A stretch of 64,000 bases of DNA from an uncultured Gammaproteobacteria bacterium (GCA_964349125.1 CAYGFH010000001.1:5408-69407), one strand, 5' to 3'; counted from the first letter of the stretch, positions 1-10,836 are shown. Made by a program: numbers and translations. The notes: a model not told the origin generated them from the sequence alone.

Positions 1-713
1 TCAATCACGTTTTCCGCATCCACACCGCAAAACAGCGCAAACCGATCCCTGCGCCTCTCGTCCATCGGTTTTTCCGCGCGGGCCACGATAAAATCAGGCT
101 GAATTCCCATAGAGTTGAGCATTTTGACTGAAAGCTGCGTCGGTTTTGTTTTCGGTTCACCCAAATGGCTTGGGGTCGGCAGGTAGCTCACGTGTACATG
201 GACTACCGTGTTTTTCCTGTCCCTTGAAAGGATTCGTGATGCTTCGTAATAGAGCGCGTTCTGGTATTCTCCCGCTGTGCCTCCCAATTCTATAACCACG
301 ACATCGCCCTTTTCTTTCTCTCCCGCGGCTTTAATGCGGTCAAGTATTTCGTCGGTAACGTGTGGGATGGTTTCCACATCTTCGCCGTTGTATCCGAAAT
401 TCCGTTCACGGTGTATGACAGCCTGGTAGACTTGCCCCATGGTGATGAAGTTGTGACGGTACATGTTTTTCCCGAGGAACTTCTCATACGTGCCCATGTC
501 CATGTCCGCTTCTGTGCCGTCATCCATCAAAAACGCATCTCCGTGTTCAATAGGATTTATCAGTCCGGCGTCGATATTGAGATAGTTTTCACATTTTACG
601 GGGGTAACATTATAGCCTCTGTTTTGGAGAAGAAGTGCAATTGACGCTGTTGTGATGCCCTTACCGAGTCCGGATATGACACCACCTGATACAAAAATGT
701 ATTTAGTGGGCAT
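1..713 (-). CDS. pyrG: CTP synthase, N-terminal part (gene runs off the left edge)
   Basis: Reverse strand from ATG at 713-711 translates MPTKYIFVSGGVISGLGKGITTASIALLLQNRGYNVTPVKCENYLNIDAG, the conserved CTP synthase N-terminus. There is no stop within the window, so it is absent from the ORF track. Confidence 0.85.
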   Translation of the reverse strand, partial: MPTKYIFVSGGVISGLGKGITTASIALLLQNRGYNVTPVKCENYLNIDAGLINPIEHGDAFLMDDGTEADMDMGTYEKFLGKNMYRHNFITMGQVYQAVIHRERNFGYNGEDVETIPHVTDEILDRIKAAGEKEKGDVVVIELGGTAGEYQNALYYEASRILSRDRKNTVVHVHVSYLPTPSHLGEPKTKPTQLSVKMLNSMGIQPDFIVARAEKPMDERRRDRFALFCGVDAENVI

Positions 714-744
714 GGTCTAAGATACCAAAAAATATGACTCCCTG

Positions 745-1383
745 TCAAAGGGATAATTGCTGTGTCCCGAAATACCGGTCACCAAAATCCCCAAGACCCG
801 GAACAATGTACGATAATTCATTGAGTTTCTCATCCAGGGAGGCAGTCACGATCGGAACATCGGGATGATTTGTTGATACACGGGTGACGCCTGCGGGCGC
901 CGACACAATACTCACGGCCACCAGCCGTTTGGCTCCCCGTTCTTTCACAGCCCGGAGGGTGTCATCCATAGATCCACCTGTTGCAAGCATTGGGTCAACT
1001 ACGAACACGATGTTAGTCGACAGAATTTTTGGAATCTTTTTATAATACTCCCTGGCTATTGCGGTTTTTTCATCCCGTTCAAGACCGATAAATCCTACCG
1101 ATGCGTTTGGCAACATCTCGCGGGCGGCAAACAGCATCGCCAAACCGGCACGAAGTACAGGGACAATGATGACTTCATCTTTGAGCTCTTTGCCTACATA
1201 CGAGCACAGTGGCGTTTCGATAGGTTTGTCCTGCAGGGACATTTGCTTCGTCGCTTCCAGTATCAGAATTTTGGATACCACGTCCGAGTGTCTTCTGAAT
1301 TCTTCAGTCCTCACGGATTTATCCCTCAGCATAGTGAGTGAGTGTTCTATTAGTGGGTGGGAAACTATCGTAAGATTTTTCAT
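745..1383 (-). CDS. upp: uracil phosphoribosyltransferase
   Basis: 212 aa with PRTase motifs VVDPMLATGGS and PGLGDFGDRYFGT typical of Upp. Confidence 0.85.
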   Translation of the reverse strand: MKNLTIVSHPLIEHSLTMLRDKSVRTEEFRRHSDVVSKILILEATKQMSLQDKPIETPLCSYVGKELKDEVIIVPVLRAGLAMLFAAREMLPNASVGFIGLERDEKTAIAREYYKKIPKILSTNIVFVVDPMLATGGSMDDTLRAVKERGAKRLVAVSIVSAPAGVTRVSTNHPDVPIVTASLDEKLNELSYIVPGLGDFGDRYFGTQQLSL

Positions 1384-1392
1384 ATGTGTGTA

Positions 1393-2019
1393 TTATAATC
1401 CTTTCGCCGCTAAATACTTTTTTCCATGCCCCACCGTAGTATTTATGGGCGTACCGTTTTTGCACAGAGGACAGTCAGGCTCATCGAACGCTTCCGCCCT
1501 AAGTACCCCGAGTGCGCTAAACGGAGCACCCATCATACTCTCATTTACCATGTCAGGATTGCGGTTTACCATCACCGATACAGCGGTCACTGTACCACCC
1601 GCCAACCTCACGCTATTGACGACTTTGAGCACTGAGCCGCCGGTATTTGTCAGATCTTCTATAACCAACACGTTTTTTCCCTGTATAAACCGGTCATATC
1701 CACGGGTAAAGACCTGATTCTTCTCACTGTCTTTTTCGGTATATACGCCAAATATTTCTTTGCCTTTGAGTTTTGACAAATGGTACGCAGTCCACTGCGA
1801 GAGGATAATCCCCCCGAGTGCTGGGGCCACAACGGTATCAATTTCCAACTCTTTATTTTTCTGTGCAAACATCTCCCCGACTTCGCTTGAGAGAACCGTA
1901 TGGGGATAGAGCGCATCTTTATTTATATAGACGCTGCCATGTTTTCCGGAGGTATACACAATATGACTCCCTGTGATAATCGCTCCGACCTGTTTTAGCA
2001 TTTCCACGATATCCTGCAT
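1393..2019 (-). CDS. pyrE: orotate phosphoribosyltransferase
   Basis: 208 aa with PRPP-binding motif VLVIEDLTNTGGS; sits in the pyr operon. Confidence 0.8.
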   Translation of the reverse strand: MQDIVEMLKQVGAIITGSHIVYTSGKHGSVYINKDALYPHTVLSSEVGEMFAQKNKELEIDTVVAPALGGIILSQWTAYHLSKLKGKEIFGVYTEKDSEKNQVFTRGYDRFIQGKNVLVIEDLTNTGGSVLKVVNSVRLAGGTVTAVSVMVNRNPDMVNESMMGAPFSALGVLRAEAFDEPDCPLCKNGTPINTTVGHGKKYLAAKGL

Positions 2020-2042
2020 ATGGTTTTCCTTTCCAAATAAAT

Positions 2043-2861
2043 TTATCTGTAGCTATTGATTTGATCCCGTAGCGTTTGCGTCTCTCCTCTGGCTTTCACC
2101 GCATAATCCATGCCGCTGCCGGCAAAGAGTATGCTTCTGGAGGCATTGATCATCGCATTGGCGCCCTGTGCATCCACTCCCGCTTTAACCGTCTTCTCGA
2201 CATCTCCGCCCTGTGCACCAATCCCAGGAATGAGCAGCGGCATAGAGCCGACAATTTCTCTCACCTTAGCCAACTCCTCCGGCACTGTTGCTCCCACCAC
2301 CAGCCCACAATTAGTATTGTAATTCCATTCTTTGGATACTTTCGCGGCAATTGTTTTGTATAACGGTTCGCCACCTACGTCCAAATCCTGCAATTCCCCC
2401 GCACCGGGATTGGATGTCCGGCACAGTACGATAATCCCTTTATCTTTCCGTTCTAAAAAGGGTGCGACCGCTTCGCGACCAAGATACGGATGTATTGTGA
2501 TTGCATCAGCACTCAGGTAATCAAAGACAAATGCAGCGTATCCCTCATTGGTATTGCCGATGTCTCCACGTTTTGCATCGATAATAATCGGGATCTCCGG
2601 ATAATGCGCCCGCAAAAAATCGCAGGTATTCTTAAGATCCTCTATACCTTCCGCACCTCGAGATTCATAAAACGCTGTGTTTGGTTTGTATGCACACACC
2701 AGATCCTGGGTGGCATAAATAATTGCCTTGTTAAATGTTGCCTGTGGTTTGGGACCGGTTCTCACCCGTTCCGGGATTTTGGCCATATCACTATCCAATC
2801 CCACACAGACAAGTGAGTTATTTTTTTTCGTGATGGCGGCAAGCTTTTCCTGAAATGTCAT
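2043..2861 (-). CDS. pyrF: orotidine 5'-phosphate decarboxylase (long type-2 form)
   Basis: 272 aa with the IIDAKRGDIGNT motif; pyr operon context. Confidence 0.8.
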   Translation of the reverse strand: MTFQEKLAAITKKNNSLVCVGLDSDMAKIPERVRTGPKPQATFNKAIIYATQDLVCAYKPNTAFYESRGAEGIEDLKNTCDFLRAHYPEIPIIIDAKRGDIGNTNEGYAAFVFDYLSADAITIHPYLGREAVAPFLERKDKGIIVLCRTSNPGAGELQDLDVGGEPLYKTIAAKVSKEWNYNTNCGLVVGATVPEELAKVREIVGSMPLLIPGIGAQGGDVEKTVKAGVDAQGANAMINASRSILFAGSGMDYAVKARGETQTLRDQINSYR

Positions 2862-2865
2862 ACTG

Positions 2866-3786
2866 TTAGTGCGCAGCTCCTATAATATCTTTCAGATTTG
2901 TTATCCCGTTTTTCTCCATGTACTCTGAAAGCCCTGTTTTTATTTCTTCAAAGACCCCGATGCCTTTAAAGTAGGTCGCTGTACCCACACCGACGAGGGT
3001 CGCGCCCGCCATCATGGCTTCAATCGTATCCTGAGTCGATGAAATACCTCCCATGCCGATTATCGGAATTTTCACCGCTTCGTAGATATCATAGATACAT
3101 CGTATGGTCACTGTCTTTATACCCGGTCCGGACACTCCACCCCGCTTAGCACCAAGTACCGGCTTCTTGCGGACGATATCAATAACCATACCCGGGCCAA
3201 CTGTGTTTATTGCGACAATTCCGTCTGCCCCAGCCGCCTCACATGCTTTTGCCACTTCGGCAATATTGGGAACATTCGGCGAGAGTTTTGCAAGCACCGG
3301 CACATCACCCATAATTTTTTTAACAGCGGATACCGCCGCCGCGGATGAATCGGCTCCCATCCCCATTGGTTTGCCCATATCATCCTCAACATTGGGACAA
3401 CTCAGATTGAGTTCAAAAAGTGCATGTCCCATATGGGGCAAAAATTCAGTCGCAAACCGTTCAAAATCGACAACGCGTGTCGCAAATACGCTCACAAGGA
3501 CAGGGACGGGCGAAGTCTTTATAAAATCCGCCACCAGTGGAACGCCTTTTTCTATACCGGGACCCCTGAGTCCTACTGAATTCAAAAATACATTTTCCGT
3601 TTTTAACACCCGGGGAAGCGGATTACCTTCGCGGGGCTCTATCGTTAACGATTTTGTGGTGATAGATCCGACACCTGATGCGGCAAATCTGTCATGATCT
3701 CGTGGGATTTCCTGTGCGATTCCGGAGGGGAGTACAAGGGGATTTGGAAATGGTACGCCACAATACTCTACTGATAAATTTGCCAT
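2866..3786 (-). CDS. pyrD: dihydroorotate dehydrogenase, class 1 catalytic subunit (no pyrK partner nearby)
   Basis: 306 aa TIM-barrel DHODH with motifs NLSCPN and GGISS-like. Confidence 0.85.
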   Translation of the reverse strand: MANLSVEYCGVPFPNPLVLPSGIAQEIPRDHDRFAASGVGSITTKSLTIEPREGNPLPRVLKTENVFLNSVGLRGPGIEKGVPLVADFIKTSPVPVLVSVFATRVVDFERFATEFLPHMGHALFELNLSCPNVEDDMGKPMGMGADSSAAAVSAVKKIMGDVPVLAKLSPNVPNIAEVAKACEAAGADGIVAINTVGPGMVIDIVRKKPVLGAKRGGVSGPGIKTVTIRCIYDIYEAVKIPIIGMGGISSTQDTIEAMMAGATLVGVGTATYFKGIGVFEEIKTGLSEYMEKNGITNLKDIIGAAH

Positions 3787-3813
3787 ACGTATCCTCCCTC
3801 AATTTTTTTTATA

Positions 3814-4893
3814 CTATAGCACGACTCCTTTTTCCACAAGTGGTTTGCCGTACAATACTACCCGTTCCACTTTTCCGTATGCTTCCCATCCGTCAAACGG
3901 ACTCCATTGGGATTTCGATTGATACCCCTCTTCCCCTATCCGAAATGGTGCATCGGGATCAAACTCAATATAGGTTTCGGGCTGATCCGGAAGGGAGAAA
4001 ATCCGTTTTGGATTGTCATACAAAAGTCTGGCGACATCATCCAGTGAACACCTGCCCTGTTTCACAGCCAACAGCATAAGGGGAAGTGTTGTCTCAAGCC
4101 CTGGCACTCCGAAGTATGGAGTGCTACACTCCTTTTCTTCACGTGTATGCGGGGCATGATCACTTTCCACCAGGTCGATTGTTTTGTCCTTGATCCCATC
4201 CCATAAGGCCAGTTGCGTATCCTCATCAGCCAATGGAGGTTTTACCAAACCGTATCCACCTAATTTGGCGCCTTCGGATGCGGAGAGAAACAGATGGTGT
4301 GGCGTCACACCTGTGGAGATCGGCATTCTTTTCGCTTTGGCTGCTCTAATTTTTTCCAAATCATCCCGGTTTGCGATATGGCAGATATGCACCCTTCGTT
4401 TATAGGTAGATGCGATGGCAATGCCCATCTCCACCATATGCCCTTCGGCATGAAGCAATATCGGTTTATCACTGTTCCATGCCTGAAAGATCGCATCCAA
4501 CTTTTTTTCATCATCCAATAAAAGCTCTCCCGTGGTATGCCCGCAATATATCTTTAGTCCGTACACGTACGGTCTGTTATACACCTCGGGAAACATGTCC
4601 AGGTTTTCTCCTGTCGATCCGAAGTACAGCCCGATATCGCAGAGGGCTTTTTTCTTTGCGAGGTGATATTTTTCCTCCAACCGGTGAAGTGTGACGGTGG
4701 GATTGGTCGGATTATTTGGCATGTCACAAACAAACGTAAATCCACCTGCCAAGGCGGCACGGCTGCCTGTAACGAAATCTTCCTTATGCGTCGCTCCTGG
4801 ATCACGAAGATGGACATGGATGTCTATTAGTCCCGGGAATTTTTGTTGCGACATAGTTACTGGAGTATAGTCATAGCATTCCTGCAAAGTCAA
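3814..4893 (-). CDS. pyrC: dihydroorotase
   Basis: 359 aa with DIHVHLRDPG metal-binding motif of the amidohydrolase superfamily. Confidence 0.8.
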   Translation of the reverse strand: MTLQECYDYTPVTMSQQKFPGLIDIHVHLRDPGATHKEDFVTGSRAALAGGFTFVCDMPNNPTNPTVTLHRLEEKYHLAKKKALCDIGLYFGSTGENLDMFPEVYNRPYVYGLKIYCGHTTGELLLDDEKKLDAIFQAWNSDKPILLHAEGHMVEMGIAIASTYKRRVHICHIANRDDLEKIRAAKAKRMPISTGVTPHHLFLSASEGAKLGGYGLVKPPLADEDTQLALWDGIKDKTIDLVESDHAPHTREEKECSTPYFGVPGLETTLPLMLLAVKQGRCSLDDVARLLYDNPKRIFSLPDQPETYIEFDPDAPFRIGEEGYQSKSQWSPFDGWEAYGKVERVVLYGKPLVEKGVVL

Positions 4894-6569
4894 TTTGCCG
4901 ACAGTGTATAGAGCATGGCTGCCAGGGCTTTCGTCCCGGCCTCCAAATCCTCGGGTGTTGAGTATTCTTCCGGCACATGTGCAGCTCCGTCATTTCGACT
5001 CGGCATAAAGAGCATAACTCCGGGAATTCCGGCCCTCACAACATTTTGCATGTCATGTCCGGCCGGGCTGTACGTTTTCATATAGGGTCCGATATTATTG
5101 GACACAATGGAGTGCTCGGCAATGGCAACCAGATCCGGGTTCATCACCGTGGGCTCCCCACTTCCGGCAAGTTCTGTGATCTTCACGCTATGTTGATTGG
5201 TGGTAATGCTCTGCACAAACGAGATAACTTCCGATACCGCATTCTCACGGGACTCAAGATCAATTCCGCGCATATCCACTCCCAGTTTGATACAGCCGTT
5301 CTGTACATTGTATGTGCCCACTGTTCCCACAACATCATGTTCACGGTAGCGTACTGCGGACAAGTTTACTTTACGTATAATTTTTGCGCTCGTTTGAAAC
5401 AACGCATCCATGTGAGCGGCGTCATAAAATGTCCCGTCTGTATCCTGGCCTGACACCATGGAGATAGGAGATTGATCAAATTTGCGCTCAATGCCCGATA
5501 AATCAGCATTCTTCTTTTCTATAAATGAAAGGATGAGATCATGCGCGACTGATCGCGCTTCTGCGTCTCCGCAGATTTTGATCTGCATTGCGGTTTGTCC
5601 GGGTATCTTGTTCATCGCCTGACCATCCACAGTCACCCCGCCGATATGTACAGAGGAATTCACCCCCTGCTTTTTCAGATAGGCGTTAAGGAGTGTACAA
5701 AACCTAAGCATATCTCCGGCGGCCAGAAGCCCATCGGCGCGGTACTCACTCCCCATGGGTGTTGCTCCCGAATGTCCTGCTTTTCCGGCTATGTTTATCT
5801 GATATACGTCACCCGGAGCGCTGACTGGCTCGACCGGATTGTCGGGTGATATTGCAATTTCAAACCGGTGGGGTGCAGCGATGGCTTCAACTACTGCAAT
5901 GGCGTTCTGCCCGTCATTTAACCGCTCATCCTGAATCACGTGCAGCTCCACTGCCGCGGCTATATCCTCAGACGTAAACCGCGGAGCCAAAACAGACTGC
6001 CTGGTAAAACCCGCAGCCTCTATCGCATCACCGAGACTGATATCGTCAGGACGCTTCGCTTCGAGTTCTCTTTCAGTCAGTCCGTGAAATATGCCCCGGC
6101 TGCCGAAGAGTGCAAAATTAAATCGATAGGACTCCTCCCCTGTGAGTGCCATCACCTGTATATTGCGTCTCGGCCGGATACCCATGGTGTGTAGCGCTTT
6201 TACTGACTCTATTGCTCCAATCACGCCGACACACCCGTCATACATACCACCTTTTGGAACTGAATCAAAGTGGGATAAGGCCAAAACACTGGGGAGATCA
6301 GACTCTGTCCCTTCGTACGTACCGATCAGTCCCAGCGGATGATCCTCCACGGTCATTCCTGCTTCCTGCATTTTTATTTTCAGGTGTTCACGGGCAAGAA
6401 AATCGAGTTCACTGAGGGCGGGTCTTGTCACAGAGAAGAAACCTGAGGGCAATACTTCTCCACCAATGGATCCCAGAGCCAACAGCTCCCTCTCCAACGC
6501 GTCACCGTGTATCTGCTCGAGACACAGGGAAAACGGTTCCTGTGCGTCTAATTCCATTGCCACCACCAT
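4890..6569 (-). CDS. M20/M40-family Zn amidohydrolase, N-carbamoyl-amino-acid / allantoate amidohydrolase-like (AmaB family), unusually long at 559 aa
   Basis: Motifs SHFDSVPKGGMYDGCVGV, ALTGEESYRF and PSRNDGAAHVPEEYSTPEDL match the hydantoinase/carbamoylase M20 family. It overlaps the pyrC start by 4 nt. Confidence 0.6.
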   Translation of the reverse strand: MVVAMELDAQEPFSLCLEQIHGDALERELLALGSIGGEVLPSGFFSVTRPALSELDFLAREHLKIKMQEAGMTVEDHPLGLIGTYEGTESDLPSVLALSHFDSVPKGGMYDGCVGVIGAIESVKALHTMGIRPRRNIQVMALTGEESYRFNFALFGSRGIFHGLTERELEAKRPDDISLGDAIEAAGFTRQSVLAPRFTSEDIAAAVELHVIQDERLNDGQNAIAVVEAIAAPHRFEIAISPDNPVEPVSAPGDVYQINIAGKAGHSGATPMGSEYRADGLLAAGDMLRFCTLLNAYLKKQGVNSSVHIGGVTVDGQAMNKIPGQTAMQIKICGDAEARSVAHDLILSFIEKKNADLSGIERKFDQSPISMVSGQDTDGTFYDAAHMDALFQTSAKIIRKVNLSAVRYREHDVVGTVGTYNVQNGCIKLGVDMRGIDLESRENAVSEVISFVQSITTNQHSVKITELAGSGEPTVMNPDLVAIAEHSIVSNNIGPYMKTYSPAGHDMQNVVRAGIPGVMLFMPSRNDGAAHVPEEYSTPEDLEAGTKALAAMLYTLSAN

Positions 6570-6584
6570 ACTAGGTACCTCTTA

Positions 6585-7520
6585 TCACTTTGTTAGGACA
6601 AGCGCGAGCAGGGCCATCCGGACAAACATGCCATTTTGTATCTGCTCACGCAAATACACAGACCTCGGATCACTATCAACTTCGGGTAGTATCTCTCCAA
6701 CCCGTGGGAACGGATGCATGAGGATACCGGTTTTCTTAAGGCGTCTCATCGTGTCATTTGATATCACGTATCTGTGCTTCAGGCGCTCGTACACATCCAG
6801 ATCACGGAAGCGCTCTTTTTGGACGCGGGTGACGTAGAGGACGTCACAAATAGGCAGCACTTCATCGAGTGATTCAGATAACGTCACGCCGACACCGGCC
6901 TCTTTGAGCACCACAATGTACTCTTCGGGTAATTGCAGTTCTCCGGGGGCAATACAGTGAATCATTTTAGGCTTGTAGAGTGAGAGCAGCTGTATGAGTG
7001 AATGCACGGTCCTCCCGTTTAACAGGTCTCCCACGAGCGCAATGGTTGAGCCTGCAATTGATCCTATATGATTACTGATCGTATACATATCCAACAGCGC
7101 CTGTGTGGGATGTTCACCGTTTCCATCACCCGCATTGATAACAGGGATATCAAGCATTTCCGCCGCCACCGCAGCTCCGCCGATATGTGGGTAGCGGATG
7201 ACCAGCGCATCGCTGTACGCTGCAAATGTGCGCACGGTATCCTCCAGTGTTTCTCCCTTGGATACAGACGAATAGGTTACTCCCTGAAGCGGTATGAACC
7301 CTCCACCTAACCGTTGCATGGCGGCAACAAACGATCCGAATGTCCGGCTGGACGGTTCGTAAAACAACGCCGTCATAATTTTTCCGTGCAGTATGTCAGT
7401 TGCGCCTTGTGTCTCTACAATACGCTGCATTTCCCGTGCTTTGGAAAGAATCAGGTCCACCTGTTCCCTGGTAAACTGACCTGCTGAGAGTACATCCTGA
7501 CCAAACAATACGTTATCCAT
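6585..7520 (-). CDS. pyrB: aspartate carbamoyltransferase catalytic subunit
   Basis: 311 aa with FYEPSSRTFGSF (STRT motif) and HPTQ. Confidence 0.9.
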   Translation of the reverse strand: MDNVLFGQDVLSAGQFTREQVDLILSKAREMQRIVETQGATDILHGKIMTALFYEPSSRTFGSFVAAMQRLGGGFIPLQGVTYSSVSKGETLEDTVRTFAAYSDALVIRYPHIGGAAVAAEMLDIPVINAGDGNGEHPTQALLDMYTISNHIGSIAGSTIALVGDLLNGRTVHSLIQLLSLYKPKMIHCIAPGELQLPEEYIVVLKEAGVGVTLSESLDEVLPICDVLYVTRVQKERFRDLDVYERLKHRYVISNDTMRRLKKTGILMHPFPRVGEILPEVDSDPRSVYLREQIQNGMFVRMALLALVLTK

Positions 7521-7608
7521 ATGCCTCCTTTATAATACCCACCTTACTCAGATTTGCAACCCCGAAGGGGTAAAAAACTGATTAGGTGGGTCTATACCCA
7601 AAAACCCG

Positions 7609-10600
7609 CTATGATTCTACGTTTTTAGGGTGTATATACGAGCTCCACGGTAGTATACGCAATGTATCAAACGGATGGTGCGCCATGGATTCTATAAACA
7701 GTCCTGCAGTTTCACCGTTTGTAAAAATGGGGATACTGAGATCTATGGATAGCCGCCGCATGGTATACCCGTCACTCATACCCTTTTCCACTGTGGTTTT
7801 TTTGGTATCGGTGAACCGTTCGGGTATAACAACAGAGAAACTCAATTTATGCTCACGTAATAAATCCATATAATTCGGATGTTCCCCTGCATACAATTTT
7901 CCTACACGTACTGATGCGATACCCTCAGAGGATAAATAGTCATGTGTGCCTGCTGTTGCATAAATCGTAAAGCCCAGTGTGTGGAGTGTGCGCACTGAGG
8001 GCAAAAACTGTGATTTTCCCTTTTTCCCGCCGAGACTCAAAAACACTGACTTTTTTTCGGGATACTGCACACCCGTGGAACAAATTGCCTTCATATATGC
8101 CTCAAACCGGTCTCTGCCAAACGCAGCGACCTCTCCGGTTGAACTCATTTCCACTCGAAGTACAGGGTCGGCGCCGCGTAATTTCCTGAATGAAAACTGA
8201 GGAGCCTTAACACACACATGGGTAAGTGGGACTACGGCAACAGGCTGGTTTTCAAGTCCGAGGGCCACACGGGTAGCCAGCCGTATAAAGTTCACATGCA
8301 TGGCTTTACTGACAAACGGCACACTCCTTGATGCACGCAAATTGCACTCAATCACATACAATTCCTCTTCAAATACCAGAAACTGGATATTGAAAGGACC
8401 GTGTGTTTTGAGTGCTTTTACAATCTTTTTTGAAGTTTCCTCAATGCGCGACTTCATAGCATCCGTCAGGGAAAATGATGGCAGGACAAGAGTGGCGTCT
8501 CCCGAATGCACACCGCCATGCTCCACATGTTCAGAGAGCGCGCTTACAAGCACCTGTCCTTTTTGGGCAACACCGTCAAAATCACACTCGGTGGCGCCCT
8601 GCATAAATTTCGTCATGACCATTGAGTAGGTCGAGACCTGTGCTTTGTTCGTATCCAGATAGTCACGCAATTGTTCCTCTGTCTCAACGACCAGCATCGC
8701 TTTCCCAGAGAGCACAAACGATGGGCGGATCAAGACCGGAAATCCGAGTTCGTTTGCACTTTTAATTGACTCCTCTACTCCATGCACCTCGCGCCATGCG
8801 GGTTGTGACACGGACAGTGAATCAAGCAGCTTGCTGAATTCCTGCCTGTTTTCGGCTTTTTGGATAGACACTGCCTGTGTGCCCAAAATTTCCCGTTTCG
8901 ACTGCGCCAGTCGAGGAGCCAGATTATTAGGGATTTGCCCGCCGACAGATACGATGACGGGAGATTTTTCCACATCGAGAATATCACTCACACGTTCAAA
9001 ACTCAGTTCCTCGAAATAGAGATAATCCGTGGTGTCAAAGTCCGTGGATACAGTCTCAGGATTGCAGTTGATCATCACAGTTTTCTTTCCCTCTTCCCGG
9101 GCTGTCTGAACGGTGTTTACCGCACACCAGTCAAATTCAACTGATGTCCCGATTGCGTATGGTCCTCCACCCAGTACCACCACCTTACTTTCTGTAGGAT
9201 CAGGAGTATAGTCAGATTCAGTCGCCCCATAGGTCATATATAGATAGTTAGTCTTTGCGGGAAATTCCCCTGCCATGGTATCTATGCGCTTTATGACCGG
9301 GAGTATGTGCTCCTGAATTCGTCGTTTGCGTACATCCTTCTCCTCCACACCGAGGCGCCGGGCAATCTGTGTATCAGAAAACCCCTGCCGTTTCGCATCC
9401 GAAAGCAGTTCAGGTGTGAGCGTATTCGTTTGCGTCATATGTACGTATGTCTCTACAATGCGGCGCAGTGAATACAAAAACCAGGGATCAATGCCGGTAA
9501 TCATGGCGATTTCCTCAACAGACATGCCCTGGATAAACGCCGCAGTGATGACAAACACCCGTTTGGGATCTGGCTTTCGAAGGCGCTCTTTGAGGACATC
9601 CAACGGGGTGGTAACGAGGGCATCATCAATAACACCGTCAAATCCCAGATTTAGTTCCCGCACTGCCTTTTGGAGCGCTTCCTTAAATGTCCGCGCGATA
9701 CTCATGACTTCACCCACGCTTTTCATCTCACTTCCTATCGTCGGATCAACCATCTCGTACTTATCCAAATCCCACCGCGGAATTTTTACCACCACATAAT
9801 CGAGTGCCGGTTCAAAAAACGCCGAGGTGGTTTGTGTGATTGCATTTCGAAGCTCAGGAAGCGTCTTTCCCACAGCAAGCTTGGCAGCAACGTAGGCAAG
9901 CGGATATCCTGTTGCCTTGGAAGCCAGTGCACTGGAACGGGACAGTCTCGCGTTTACCTCAATAATTCTGTAATCGCCGTTTTTGGGATTGAGCGCATAC
10001 TGTATATTGCACTCGCCGACTATCCCAAGTTCACGTATGGTTCGAATGGCGATATCTCGCAGGCCATAATACTCCGCATCATTAAGCGTCTGTGACGGCG
10101 CAATTACGATTGATTCACCCGTATGGATGCCCACGGGGTCGAAATTTTCCATATTACAGACGGTAATGCAGTTATCCAACCGGTCTCTGACCACTTCGTA
10201 TTCAATTTCTTTCCATCCCCATAAACATTCCTCGAGGATGACCTGTGTAGATGTGGCAAATGCGTTGGTGACCAGAGCAGTCAGCGTCTCTTTGTCGCGG
10301 GCAACACCACTGCCTGCTCCACCGAGCGCAAATCCGGTCCGAAGCATGACGGGATATCCAAGTGTTTCAGCGTACGCTAACGCTTCACTCATGGAGTACA
10401 CGATCTTTCCATTGGCGGTCAGAAGTCCCTTTGTCGCGAGGCGCTTGGCAAACAATTCACGGTCTTCCGTGTCGATTACCGTCTGGATAGGTGTTCCCAG
10501 TACCTCCACTTTGTGAGACGCAAGAACACCCGACCTGTAGAGAGCTATACCGCAATTTAAAGCAGTCTGTCCGCCAAATGACAGGACAATACCGTCAGGT

Positions 10601-10836
10601 TTCTCTTTTGCGATCACTTTTTCCACAAACTCAGCTGTCACCGGCAAAAAATATACCTCATCGGCTAAACCCTCTGAGGTTTGGATGGTGGCGATATTCG
10701 GATTAATGAGAATGACACGGTGGCCTTCTTCCTTCAGTGCCTTTATGGCCTGGGTACCCGAGTAATCAAACTCACCGGCTTCGCCAATTTTGAGAGCTCC
10801 CGAACCCAAAACCACTATGTTTTTTTTGCGTTTCAT
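7609..10836 (-). CDS. carB: carbamoyl-phosphate synthase large subunit
   Basis: 1075 aa with duplicated ATP-grasp halves and a C-terminal MGS-like domain; N-terminus KNIVVLGSGALKIGEAGEFDYSGTQA. Confidence 0.95.
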   Translation of the reverse strand: MKRKKNIVVLGSGALKIGEAGEFDYSGTQAIKALKEEGHRVILINPNIATIQTSEGLADEVYFLPVTAEFVEKVIAKEKPDGIVLSFGGQTALNCGIALYRSGVLASHKVEVLGTPIQTVIDTEDRELFAKRLATKGLLTANGKIVYSMSEALAYAETLGYPVMLRTGFALGGAGSGVARDKETLTALVTNAFATSTQVILEECLWGWKEIEYEVVRDRLDNCITVCNMENFDPVGIHTGESIVIAPSQTLNDAEYYGLRDIAIRTIRELGIVGECNIQYALNPKNGDYRIIEVNARLSRSSALASKATGYPLAYVAAKLAVGKTLPELRNAITQTTSAFFEPALDYVVVKIPRWDLDKYEMVDPTIGSEMKSVGEVMSIARTFKEALQKAVRELNLGFDGVIDDALVTTPLDVLKERLRKPDPKRVFVITAAFIQGMSVEEIAMITGIDPWFLYSLRRIVETYVHMTQTNTLTPELLSDAKRQGFSDTQIARRLGVEEKDVRKRRIQEHILPVIKRIDTMAGEFPAKTNYLYMTYGATESDYTPDPTESKVVVLGGGPYAIGTSVEFDWCAVNTVQTAREEGKKTVMINCNPETVSTDFDTTDYLYFEELSFERVSDILDVEKSPVIVSVGGQIPNNLAPRLAQSKREILGTQAVSIQKAENRQEFSKLLDSLSVSQPAWREVHGVEESIKSANELGFPVLIRPSFVLSGKAMLVVETEEQLRDYLDTNKAQVSTYSMVMTKFMQGATECDFDGVAQKGQVLVSALSEHVEHGGVHSGDATLVLPSFSLTDAMKSRIEETSKKIVKALKTHGPFNIQFLVFEEELYVIECNLRASRSVPFVSKAMHVNFIRLATRVALGLENQPVAVVPLTHVCVKAPQFSFRKLRGADPVLRVEMSSTGEVAAFGRDRFEAYMKAICSTGVQYPEKKSVFLSLGGKKGKSQFLPSVRTLHTLGFTIYATAGTHDYLSSEGIASVRVGKLYAGEHPNYMDLLREHKLSFSVVIPERFTDTKKTTVEKGMSDGYTMRRLSIDLSIPIFTNGETAGLFIESMAHHPFDTLRILPWSSYIHPKNVES

